From Oligoflexia bacterium (lineage in GTDB: Bacteria > Bdellovibrionota > UBA1018), in contig CAVWVI010000004.1 of assembly GCA_963758495.1 (NCBI GenBank), positions 640,001-704,000 of the forward strand: 64,000 nucleotides of DNA. Reading direction: 5' to 3'. Both the position numbers and the translations under genes were made by a program. Within the stretch, counting starts at the first letter, position 1. Each line of letters starts with the position of its first letter. Shown here in pieces: positions 10,078-18,488 of the stretch. Below the pieces are notes generated by a model. The model saw only the letters and a list, made by a program, of their open reading frames with translations. It was not told where the DNA came from and did no database searches.

Positions 10078-10455
10078 TCACATTCCTGGAATCTTCAGAC
10101 ACGGCATGATCTCCACCGACTCGCCCGGGAAGATCATAAAATGCGGGTGGTCCTTGAAAATCTTGGCTGCAGCCGCATGGGAGCTGGCTTGGACGACAGT
10201 AAAGGCCCCCATCTTGTTGCTTGTGTCGGCGACGCCCTTGCGATCCACTCGCTTAGTTTCGCCGAGCGGGGCACCCATGTACACGATCGCCTTTTTGTTT
10301 TTAGCAACCCACGCGTGCCACGCTTGAATTCCGGCAGTTTCACGCTCCTGCCTGATCTTCGCAGGAAGTTTTTCCCATTTCTTCATCGCAGCTGAACTGC
10401 CGATAAATACAGCGAGAAAAGTCTTGGGGGCGATTTTCTTTTTTGAGTTTGTCAT
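10078..10455 (-). CDS. YciI/DGPF-like protein
   Basis: GAPLGETKRV, GAFTVVQASSHAAAAKIFKDHPHF and GESVEIMP; likely start MTNSKKK. Confidence 0.8.
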   Translation of the reverse strand: MTNSKKKIAPKTFLAVFIGSSAAMKKWEKLPAKIRQERETAGIQAWHAWVAKNKKAIVYMGAPLGETKRVDRKGVADTSNKMGAFTVVQASSHAAAAKIFKDHPHFMIFPGESVEIMPCLKIPGM

Positions 10456-10521
10456 AGAGTAAGTATAAAGCCACTTCCGAGAAAATTCCAGACGAAACCT
10501 CCGGCCATTAAACAATTGCTT

Positions 10522-11115
10522 TCACTTATTACATTTTCTCCATTGAAGGTAGTAAATAATACCGGACTTACTATTTGGGCTATCAACGGAGGCCATCGCC
10601 CCCTCTTGCCCTGGATTGGTCATTACCTTCAAGAATGAACTCACGGTCAGATTAACATCTTTCCCGCAAGGCGACCAAACAACCGCTTCTGGCACAAGAG
10701 TATTTGATACAAGATAATCCTGATTTAGGTCGCCGACAAATAGCTTTGAATAGTGAGGGCCTCCTTGGTCAGCAAAGGAATAGTCGACCGTCAGAGTAGT
10801 TCTGGCTTCAGTAGGGAGATTATTCAAGCCTCTGAAATCAACCTGGAACAAAGAAACGCTGATCCCCTCCGGGACATGTATAGGGATTATAAAATTACAC
10901 TTTTTTCTGTCTAAAGCTCTGCCGGTGGTACCCCCTACTTCAGCCTTGTATTGGTCAAAAAGAAGGCTCATAGTTTTTTGATCCGGACTCAGAACTGCTG
11001 AGGCCGTTCCCTCTGGACACCCACTTCCACTGTAAGTGAACTGACCTAAATGAATAACATCAGCCATGGCCGGTACTGTCGAGAACAAGGCTATTAATAA
11101 GAAACTTTTCTTCAT
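10522..11115 (-). CDS. Secreted DUF4360-family protein
   Basis: Signal peptide; YSGSGCPEGT, SLLFDQY, DRKKC and VWSPCG. Confidence 0.85.
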   Translation of the reverse strand: MKKSFLLIALFSTVPAMADVIHLGQFTYSGSGCPEGTASAVLSPDQKTMSLLFDQYKAEVGGTTGRALDRKKCNFIIPIHVPEGISVSLFQVDFRGLNNLPTEARTTLTVDYSFADQGGPHYSKLFVGDLNQDYLVSNTLVPEAVVWSPCGKDVNLTVSSFLKVMTNPGQEGAMASVDSPNSKSGIIYYLQWRKCNK

Positions 11116-11151
11116 ACGATATCCCCATATTTTGGCATTAAAATGCCATTA

Positions 11152-12513
11152 TTAATCGCTTTTGATCTTTGCTATGAGCTTACTTAACCAGCTCTCCTGG
11201 TAAGAAACATTGATCAAAAACTTTATTCTGTCGGTTCTTGTCCAATCATTCGCTTCCCGTAAAGCTTTCATTAACCTTGTCATATTATTTTGTATCAGGC
11301 TCTGCACTTTATTTCTTACATCAGGGTCCAAAATTGAATGAGTGTTGATTCCAAAATTATTTTCCGCCTTGTGGTAGAGATCATCAATTGCTGCTTCAAT
11401 AGCGGCACCCATCATTGCTTGAGACCACTCTTTCCAAGGTCCAACATTCAATAAGGACTCTAATGTCCGATCACCCACTGGGTTAAAAAAGATTGCATCA
11501 AAATCAAGAATAAATTTTTTATAGATCTCATTAAAGGCCTCGAATTGACCCGCAATGAGAGTTTCACTTCGATTTACAAAACGGGTCGCCTCTGTCACTT
11601 GCGCTGATGTGAGTCCGCTCGAACTGGCAATGGATCGGGCCTCCACCAATCCATCCTGCCTCTCTTGTTCAAGTCCCCTCAAATTCATCTTTTCTAAGAA
11701 TTCCTTCACGTCATCTCGGGTATTTGTAAAAACGATCACTAACCTCTCATCTTGAGAGGCAATCTGAAGCAACTGATCGACATAGCCTGCCGTGGTAGAT
11801 TGAGTCGCATTTAAGATATCCAATAGATTCGAAACCGCTGGCAGCGCATTCATGGGATCTGGTGTATCCGCCGGCACGCCTCCCGCCACTGTTGCGACAA
11901 TATCTTTAATTTGACTTTCGATAGGCTCAGTTGCGCCCAGCACTTTTTTTGCCGTCTCAATGTAAAGCTCCTTGAATTCACTTTGGCTATATCGAGCATT
12001 TCCGTCGATTGACGCTTCTGTGCCACAAATTTCCCGCCATCTATCCGTTAAAGTCTTAGACTCCACATTAAAGACGTCACGGTAGGTAATGATGCGATCC
12101 CGCAAGCTCGCCAGTGGCATGCGGCTCAATCTTTTAAAGAAAGTGGCCTCTTGAAACGCAAGGCGATCTCTCATGGCAGCCAGACGAGGTGATAAAGGTG
12201 TATTTCCTATTGCTGAAAAAATCAGGGTCTGCGAATTATCCAGTGTACTCTGGAAAAGTTGTCTCCATTTCGCGTCCTGATCCCGTTCACCGACATTATA
12301 GTTTTGAAGAAGATCGTAGGCTGTCTGCAAAGACTTTTCACGAAAGCTAAAATAATCCACTAATTTGGGTCGGACCTGATCATCCAAGGACTTTTCGAGG
12401 TTTAGCGTCGTTAGCTCAGCTAAGACCTCATCCCTGCGAGTATCGAATTCGCCTGCCAGACAAGTAAGGCCTGAAAATATCAAAAGGGTTAAAATTAAGT
12501 AGATTTTTGTCAT
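11152..12513 (-). CDS. Secreted, largely helical hypothetical protein
   Basis: Likely start MTKIYLILTLLIFSGLTCLA (signal peptide, GGAG RBS); long ORF. Confidence 0.75.
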   Translation of the reverse strand: MTKIYLILTLLIFSGLTCLAGEFDTRRDEVLAELTTLNLEKSLDDQVRPKLVDYFSFREKSLQTAYDLLQNYNVGERDQDAKWRQLFQSTLDNSQTLIFSAIGNTPLSPRLAAMRDRLAFQEATFFKRLSRMPLASLRDRIITYRDVFNVESKTLTDRWREICGTEASIDGNARYSQSEFKELYIETAKKVLGATEPIESQIKDIVATVAGGVPADTPDPMNALPAVSNLLDILNATQSTTAGYVDQLLQIASQDERLVIVFTNTRDDVKEFLEKMNLRGLEQERQDGLVEARSIASSSGLTSAQVTEATRFVNRSETLIAGQFEAFNEIYKKFILDFDAIFFNPVGDRTLESLLNVGPWKEWSQAMMGAAIEAAIDDLYHKAENNFGINTHSILDPDVRNKVQSLIQNNMTRLMKALREANDWTRTDRIKFLINVSYQESWLSKLIAKIKSD

Positions 12514-12535
12514 AGGTGCTCCACGGGATTTATTT

Positions 12536-14305
12536 TTAAAAATGATCAATAAGAGTAACTCGCCATGGGCCTTGATCGAGACGCTGGAGCTGCCAAACTC
12601 TTTTGACCTGAAAGTTGGTAAAACTGCGGTACTCATCGCCAAACTTGCCGATATGTTCAACAATGACTGTTGCCTGCTCAACCCGAGGAATCTGAAGGGC
12701 CGTATCACCCGCGAAAACCAGTTGTGGCTTTGACTCGCTCAGAACTCGAATATCCTCTACATAGGGAAGAGTATCCTCTCTATTAACAAGAAGAGCCCTA
12801 GAATAATTCCAAGAGTCTTGCAACATGGATGAGCTCATCTCTCTCTGCGGATTAAAAAAGGGAGGGAGGGGCTTTTCAATATAAAATGACCATGGGGCAA
12901 AGAGACTCGACCAAAATTGAATGTTCGAGTATTTCACCGCTTCAATCATGGCCTCCATTACTTTAGATGGAGACGCGTGATCATTCAGGGTGGGGCTGGG
13001 CATATGAGGAAGTTGATCCTCTCCCGCAAACGCGAAACGCTTTCTCTCCGAATTGGGTACAGGTGCTGATGCAGTAGACCTGAGATCGACAAAGAAGCCG
13101 GGTTTTGGGTTCTCTGCTGTCAAGTCATTGTCTGGATTTCCTGCGTAAACTGCAAAGGGTTCTACCAAAAGGGCTGTGACCTGTGCCTCTCTAAAGGAAA
13201 CCATATGGGGATCGTCGATCACCTTTCCATAAATTAGAAACTCCCACGATGTTTCATTTGCGTAGATTGACTTAAATTGAAAAAAAGTATCAAAAAAAAC
13301 ATCCATCTTTGGAGATTTGGCGGGGACAAGATAGTAACCATCCTGGTCAGAGCCTGCTACCAAGTAACTTTTCCCAGTATCCGTTATGAATTCACTTTCA
13401 GAGACTCTAGGAAGAGCAACCCACTTGCCAATCCAGGGTTTTACGTTTCCGGTGACTGGATTTGGAATCGGAAAAGGATTAGTCCATTGTTTAGGATTCT
13501 CAGCTAGGACTTTTGAGATGGCTGCAAGTCCCGTCTTTTTTGAAATGACCACTGCGTCGTGTCCGGCAGCTCGCCACACCTGGCTTTCGGGGGTGAGGGT
13601 ATATAGCGTGCCCATCAAACTCGTTTTAACAGCCTGGAAATCTTCAGAAGCCATTGAGGTAAAAGTGCCAGAATGATGGGCGGCCAAATATGCCAACCTT
13701 GGGGTTTGAACCTCTAACCAACTGGCGAGTTGTTTCCGGTTGTCGAAAGAGTCATTCTTATTCCAAGGACTGCCCAACACCTGAGATGCGGTCTTTAAAA
13801 ACTCTTCGTACCACATCGACCAGACACCGTCTGTGAATCCATCAGTCGCCATCTGATCCGGCCCATGATCACCCAAAGCGCGCTGACCCGAAGGTGTAGT
13901 ATAGAATTTCTCTTCCCTCAACTCCGCATAGATCGGCAGTTCCAATTCATCACGCAGCACAACTAGACCTGCTAGATCCCCAGGGTGTGCATCCAGTTTT
14001 TCCCAAAAGTCTTCCTCATTCATACCTCCAGCAACAGCACCGTTCTGCATGAGAGTGTCGGTCACTGCTATTTTCTGATTCTTAGGAGTCAGCATGGCTA
14101 TGACCTGATCGCCAATTCTTAAGTTAGAATGGCGAAAGGCTGAATCCCAGCCGATCCAAGTGATTCGAACTGAAAGAGGGCTTCGTTCATTTTCGTTTTG
14201 GCTGGTAATTCGAAAGGAAACTCCGTTTGCAAAAGCCCGGATCGGCGAGGCGAGAATCAGACAAAATGACAGACCGTACCAGAATAAGCGGTGAATCCGT
14301 TTCAT
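12536..14305 (-). CDS. Secreted hypothetical protein with N-terminal PDZ-like segment
   Basis: Signal peptide ending AFA; VRITWIGWDSAFRHSNLRIGDQVIAM...LVVLRD is PDZ-like. Confidence 0.7.
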   Translation of the reverse strand: MKRIHRLFWYGLSFCLILASPIRAFANGVSFRITSQNENERSPLSVRITWIGWDSAFRHSNLRIGDQVIAMLTPKNQKIAVTDTLMQNGAVAGGMNEEDFWEKLDAHPGDLAGLVVLRDELELPIYAELREEKFYTTPSGQRALGDHGPDQMATDGFTDGVWSMWYEEFLKTASQVLGSPWNKNDSFDNRKQLASWLEVQTPRLAYLAAHHSGTFTSMASEDFQAVKTSLMGTLYTLTPESQVWRAAGHDAVVISKKTGLAAISKVLAENPKQWTNPFPIPNPVTGNVKPWIGKWVALPRVSESEFITDTGKSYLVAGSDQDGYYLVPAKSPKMDVFFDTFFQFKSIYANETSWEFLIYGKVIDDPHMVSFREAQVTALLVEPFAVYAGNPDNDLTAENPKPGFFVDLRSTASAPVPNSERKRFAFAGEDQLPHMPSPTLNDHASPSKVMEAMIEAVKYSNIQFWSSLFAPWSFYIEKPLPPFFNPQREMSSSMLQDSWNYSRALLVNREDTLPYVEDIRVLSESKPQLVFAGDTALQIPRVEQATVIVEHIGKFGDEYRSFTNFQVKRVWQLQRLDQGPWRVTLIDHF

Positions 14306-14389
14306 ATAGCAGACAGCTAACACAGTAATAAATTCATTTCCATCTACATAGAACGTCCTCGGAACATCTGCTGAGATGTGAATTTTGAT

Positions 14390-14446
14390 TTATTTACCGT
14401 CGAAGGCTGCCTTCAGTTTCGCGATGTCCATCTTTTTCATTTTCAA
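14390..14446 (-). pseudogene. C-terminal scrap of a VOC/PhnB (3-demethylubiquinone-9 3-methyltransferase-like) gene
   Basis: Reads LKMKKMDIAKLKAAFDGK*, the characteristic C-terminus of that family; the rest of the gene is not recognisable upstream. Confidence 0.55.
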
Positions 14447-14592
14447 CCTGATGTTATTTAAAATATGGGGGTTCGTCTATCGCTTTACGTGAATGTTTCA
14501 GTTTCAAATTGCTCATGATTCATGAGAAACTATTCATGAGAAACTTTGTTTTGGCGAAGATCACCGAATGCTCAATGATAGGAAATGACTCT

Positions 14593-14961
14593 ATGACTCA
14601 TAAAGACGCAGCTATTTCATTCCTAACCCTAGTCACTAATGGAAAAATTCGTGAGGCCTATGATCGTCACGTCTCCCCAAACTTAAAACATCACAACCCG
14701 TATAATAAGGGCGATGTAAACTCGTTGATGACTGGAATGGAGGAAGCCGACAAACAATTTCCAAGCAAGGTCTTTAGGGTGCAACGCGCCATTCAAGAAG
14801 GAGACTTTGTCGCTGTTCACTCACATCTAACGCTAAAGCCAATGGAGTTGGAATTAGCGGTTGTCCATCTCTTTCGTTTTCAAGCCGGTGGGATCGTCGA
14901 ATTCTGGGATATCGCCCAACAGGTTCCGAAAGAACCTCTAAACGAAAACGGGATGTTTTGA
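14593..14961 (+). CDS. SnoaL/NTF2-like protein
   Basis: HHNPY, EGDFVAVHSH, VVHLFRF..GGIVEFWD and NENGMF. Confidence 0.88.
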   Translation: MTHKDAAISFLTLVTNGKIREAYDRHVSPNLKHHNPYNKGDVNSLMTGMEEADKQFPSKVFRVQRAIQEGDFVAVHSHLTLKPMELELAVVHLFRFQAGGIVEFWDIAQQVPKEPLNENGMF

Positions 14962-14999
14962 GTGAGCCCCGATTTTTATTACACTCGATTGGAGAATAT

Positions 15000-15644
15000 A
15001 TGAGCCGCCTGCGCGTTGAGAGTTTTTCATTGTCCCTGGATGGATATGGAGCGGGCCCGAATCAAGATCTCGAGAATCCGCTGGGCCGCAACGGCAAGAC
15101 CCTATTTGAATGGTTTTTTCCGACACTCACGTTCAATAAAATGATAGGCAAGCCCGGCGGCACGACCGGCATCGATAATAAATTCGCCTCGCGTGGATTT
15201 GAAGGAATTGGCGCGAATATCATGGGCCGCAATATGTTCGGTCCCATTCGTGGATCGTGGAAAGATGAAGAGTGGAAGGGATGGTGGGGACCTAATCCGC
15301 CTTACCATACGCCGGTTTTTGTCCTAACCCATCACGAGCGTAAGCCCATTGAAATGGAAGGCGGAACCATATTTTATTTCGTCACGGACGGAATTGAATC
15401 CGCGCTCAAACAAGCGCAAAAGGCTGCGGGTGGAAAAGATATTCGTCTCAACGGCGGTGTCTCGGTGATTCGGCAATATTTGTCTAAAGGGTTGGTAGAT
15501 TACATGCATCTCGCTGTTTCTCCAAAACTGCTCGGTGCAGGTGAAAATCTTTTTGCCGGACTCGATCTCGTAAAGTTAGGCTACTCCGTGAAAGAAAACG
15601 CCAGCGGAGAAAACGCAACTCACGTAATCTTCGAAAAATCTTAA
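15000..15644 (+). CDS. Dihydrofolate reductase-like (RibD C-terminal domain) protein
   Basis: SLSLDGYGAGP, IMGRNMFGP, PPYHTPVFVLTH and GGKDIRLNGG; GGAG RBS. Confidence 0.92.
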   Translation: MSRLRVESFSLSLDGYGAGPNQDLENPLGRNGKTLFEWFFPTLTFNKMIGKPGGTTGIDNKFASRGFEGIGANIMGRNMFGPIRGSWKDEEWKGWWGPNPPYHTPVFVLTHHERKPIEMEGGTIFYFVTDGIESALKQAQKAAGGKDIRLNGGVSVIRQYLSKGLVDYMHLAVSPKLLGAGENLFAGLDLVKLGYSVKENASGENATHVIFEKS

Positions 15645-15702
15645 TGGCTTAATGGCTTAATGGCTTGATGGCTTGATTACTACATCAGTCGCAGCACCCA
15701 TT

Positions 15703-15792
15703 CAACAGATCGATTCGATTCTCACCCAGACTGTCAAAAACCCAGTGGGCCCAGAATTCATGGCTCCGCCAGAACTTCCCAAGGTGGCGTGA
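15703..15792 (+). pseudogene. C-terminal scrap of an aldo/keto reductase gene
   Basis: QQIDSILTQTVKNPVGPEFMAPPELPKVA* matches the 'DPVGPEFMAPP' C-terminus of YhdN-like AKRs; no 5' part is present. Confidence 0.55.
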
Positions 15793-15863
15793 AAGACGAA
15801 TGGGGACTAGGGCCATAGTTTTTGCAGCAGTGGTCACTTCTTGCAAGAATCCATTCCACTCTG

Positions 15864-16514
15864 ATGACCCGAGTACCTACGACTTACAACCAATTTGCAG
15901 GAAAAAGACTAGATCGATTAACCTCGCTCAGTGACAACGTTTTTGCTGTGGCAATGACTCTCCTCGTCTTGGATCTTCATGTTCCTGACGCGATTAAAAT
16001 TGCCAGTAACCACGATTTTCTCTTAGCAATAAAGCCCCTACTCCCTCGCTTGATTACCTACTCAATGAGCTTTCTGACCTTAGGAATCTACTGGATTGGT
16101 CAACACACCCAACATGATCAACTTGAACGAAGTAATCGCCACTATGCTTGGCTCAACCTCCTCTTTCTTTCAGTGGTCACGCTGATTCCGTTTTCGACGG
16201 CACTTTTGGCCACCTTTATCCGCTTTCGTGCGGCCTTGTTCATCTATTGGTGTAATTTGCTATTTCTTGGAATCACCATACTTGCTGCTTGGTCATATGC
16301 TCGAATTGCTCGTCTGCAAAAACCCGACTGCTCCGAAGTCGTTCATCGCGCATTCTTAATCCGTATCTGCAGTTCCCAAGCTTTCTACGCTGGGGCAATG
16401 CTCCTGAGTATTCCATTCAGTATTTATTTAAGCATAGCACTCATCGTTCTCCTTCAACTGTACTATGCAATCGCGCCAAAACTTGTCTTCCGATCGGCGA
16501 TCAAAAGTCGATAA
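15864..16514 (+). CDS. TMEM175/DUF1211-family potassium channel
   Basis: RLTSLSDNVFAVAMTLLVLDL, YSMSFLTLGIYW and six TM segments. Confidence 0.9.
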   Translation: MTRVPTTYNQFAGKRLDRLTSLSDNVFAVAMTLLVLDLHVPDAIKIASNHDFLLAIKPLLPRLITYSMSFLTLGIYWIGQHTQHDQLERSNRHYAWLNLLFLSVVTLIPFSTALLATFIRFRAALFIYWCNLLFLGITILAAWSYARIARLQKPDCSEVVHRAFLIRICSSQAFYAGAMLLSIPFSIYLSIALIVLLQLYYAIAPKLVFRSAIKSR

Positions 16515-16683
16515 GCTCAATTGATCCATTTAGAATGGGGGCTGCGTCGCGGCTCTCGTTCAATGATTCGTTAATGCAACAGCCGAGTAATAGAGGTAAG
16601 GTGGGTAGGGTCAAATGTGGTGCAGGTAATAAAGTTAAAGCTAAAGCAAAATCTAAAGCCTCGAAGCTGTTAGGAGCGACGTC

Positions 16684-17421
16684 ATGAGTCAGCAACAAGT
16701 CAGTATCGAAACCAAAGATGGAGTCTGCAAAGCGTGGTTCCTAACGCCTGACGGAAAAGGCCCTTGGCCTGGCGTCGTCTTCTATATGGACGCTTTCGGC
16801 ATTCGTCCCGCGATGATCGAGATGGCGAACCACATAGCAAAGCAAGGCTACGTGGTGCTTCTGCCTGATCTTTTTTATCGCTTTGGCTCCTACGGCCCTT
16901 ATGACCCAAGAGAAGTCATGAAGGGCGACTTCCGCGCCATTATAGGCCCCATGATGGCGTCCACTGACAATCACAAAGCGGCAGAAGATACCGCTGCGTT
17001 CTTATCTTATTTTGAAAGCTGCGACGACGTGGCTCGCGACAAAGTCGGAACCGTCGGTTTCTGCATGGGCGGTGGAATGGCTTTGACGGCCGCGGGCTAT
17101 TATCCTGATCGAGTGGCTGCAGCCGCAAGTTTCCACGGCGGCAACTTGGCTACTGATCTGCCGACGAGCCCTCATCTCGTCGTTCCTAAAATCAAAGCGG
17201 AGATCTACGTTGCAGGAGCCGACAAGGATCAAGGCTATCCACCCGAGATGGCTCAGCGTCTCGAAGATGCACTCACCCAAGCGGGTGTTCGCCATAAGTG
17301 CGAGATCTACGAAGGCGAGATGCATGGTTGGATGAAGCCCGACATGCCTGTCTACGACGCTCAAGCGGCTGAGCGTGGGTGGAGAGAACTCTTTGCCCTT
17401 TATATGCGAACGCTCCGGTAA
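16684..17421 (+). CDS. Dienelactone hydrolase family protein
   Basis: YMDAFGIR, GYVVLLPDLFYR, GFCMGG, SFHGG and HGW. Confidence 0.95.
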   Translation: MSQQQVSIETKDGVCKAWFLTPDGKGPWPGVVFYMDAFGIRPAMIEMANHIAKQGYVVLLPDLFYRFGSYGPYDPREVMKGDFRAIIGPMMASTDNHKAAEDTAAFLSYFESCDDVARDKVGTVGFCMGGGMALTAAGYYPDRVAAAASFHGGNLATDLPTSPHLVVPKIKAEIYVAGADKDQGYPPEMAQRLEDALTQAGVRHKCEIYEGEMHGWMKPDMPVYDAQAAERGWRELFALYMRTLR

Positions 17422-17505
17422 GCATCATTTAAGCATTATTCGCTTTGACAACAGAAAGATGTAACTTCCAGGCGTTTGATCTCTATCGATTGAAAAATGG
17501 GAAAG

Positions 17506-17697
17506 TTACCTACTCCCAATCCGCCTCGTTTGCCTTCGATTATCTAGCCATCGCAACATTCGAAAACCGCCGCTCCCTTGGATGACATCTCCTGCATCAG
17601 GATTTGCTATCAAAAAAGCCTGCATTTCTCTGAACAGTTCGTCTGCAAGATATTCAGAAAGATGGCGAGTAAATACTGGAGCTTCTATGAATCCCAT
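17506..17697 (-). pseudogene. Truncated HigB-2/RelE-like toxin with no cognate antitoxin
   Basis: FIEAPVF...NPDAGDVIQGSGGFRMLRW; truncated before the GKRGG/RVIY motifs. Confidence 0.8.
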
Positions 17698-17701
17698 AGC
17701 T

Positions 17702-17726
17702 AGCTATACGTTATTAACGTATAGCT
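17702..17726. promoter_or_regulatory. Operator palindrome over the higB-like promoter
   Basis: AGCTATACGTTA-T-TAACGTATAGCT, perfect 12-bp arms, 4 nt upstream of the ATG. Confidence 0.75.
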
Positions 17727-17877
17727 TATCAAGCAGCCGCCCTACATGAGTCTGAGCAGCAAGAGGGGCTTAATCGAAATAGTTTAGAGAGCCTGGAAAT
17801 TCGGTTTAAAAAAATATTAACAACAGGCGTTATTTCTCCTTGCTAAATAACTAAATACCAGCTATTTAATACGGACT

Positions 17878-18357
17878 ATGAAACGTGGAAGACCAAAAGG
17901 TCGCTCTTGCGACAATCGCTCATTCGGCCCCTTAGGGGATTTAATTCGTACTCATCGCTTGGGAAGGCAGCTTGGCCTTCTCGATGTAGCAAAAGCATGT
18001 GACTGTTCGGTACAATTTGTATCTAACATTGAACACGGACGTGCTCCGCTACCTTGGGAAAAGGTTGGGGCGCTTGCAAGTTATTTAAAGATTCCAGTAG
18101 AAGAATTACAGGTAGCTAACTTGGCAATTCGCTCTGACTTTAAAAGCTTTGTAACGCTTTCCAATGACAAAAAGACCAGCAAGTCATCTAAATCAGGCCA
18201 AATACCTGGTAATGCGTCTGCAGCAAATACTGCTTCCGCAGTTGCTTTTGCGGCCAAAGATAGTCACCTTCAAGAAGTGATTTTAAAATATCAGACTGCC
18301 ACTATTGCATCTCGTAAGAACTTTGTTCGTGCAGCATTAGAGTTGTTAGAAAGTTAA
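17878..18357 (+). CDS. XRE-family HTH transcriptional regulator
   Basis: LGLLDVAKACDCSVQFVSNIEHGRAPLP. Confidence 0.88.
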   Translation: MKRGRPKGRSCDNRSFGPLGDLIRTHRLGRQLGLLDVAKACDCSVQFVSNIEHGRAPLPWEKVGALASYLKIPVEELQVANLAIRSDFKSFVTLSNDKKTSKSSKSGQIPGNASAANTASAVAFAAKDSHLQEVILKYQTATIASRKNFVRAALELLES

Positions 18358-18371
18358 AAAATTAATTTGTA

Positions 18372-18437
18372 CCCCTGAGTCTGAGCCTAAGCATAAGCCT
18401 AAGCATCACGCGTCATACTCAGACTTTGGCTCAGGGG
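18372..18437 (+). terminator. Long hairpin downstream of the XRE gene (possible terminator)
   Basis: CCCCTGAG...CTCAGGGG and AGTCTGAG...CTCAGACT arms, with an internal GCCTAAGCAT duplication. Confidence 0.45.
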
Positions 18438-18488
18438 CTCAAAAATTAAATCTTCGACAGCCTGCCCGCTCTCATACACAATGAGAGT

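Noticed and set aside
12514..12708. N-terminal extension of the 518-aa ORF
   Set aside because: It overlaps the upstream gene; the RBS and signal peptide point to the ATG at 12513.
16289..16698. ORFs 16289-16687 (+) and 16501-16698 (-)
   Set aside because: They overlap the TMEM175 gene, have no recognisable motifs and are probably shadow ORFs.
8100..17800. Integron cassette array (TA modules plus small enzymes)
   Set aside because: No intI, genes lie in both orientations, and I could not find recurring RYYYAAC...GTTRRRY attC hairpins; IntegronFinder would settle it.
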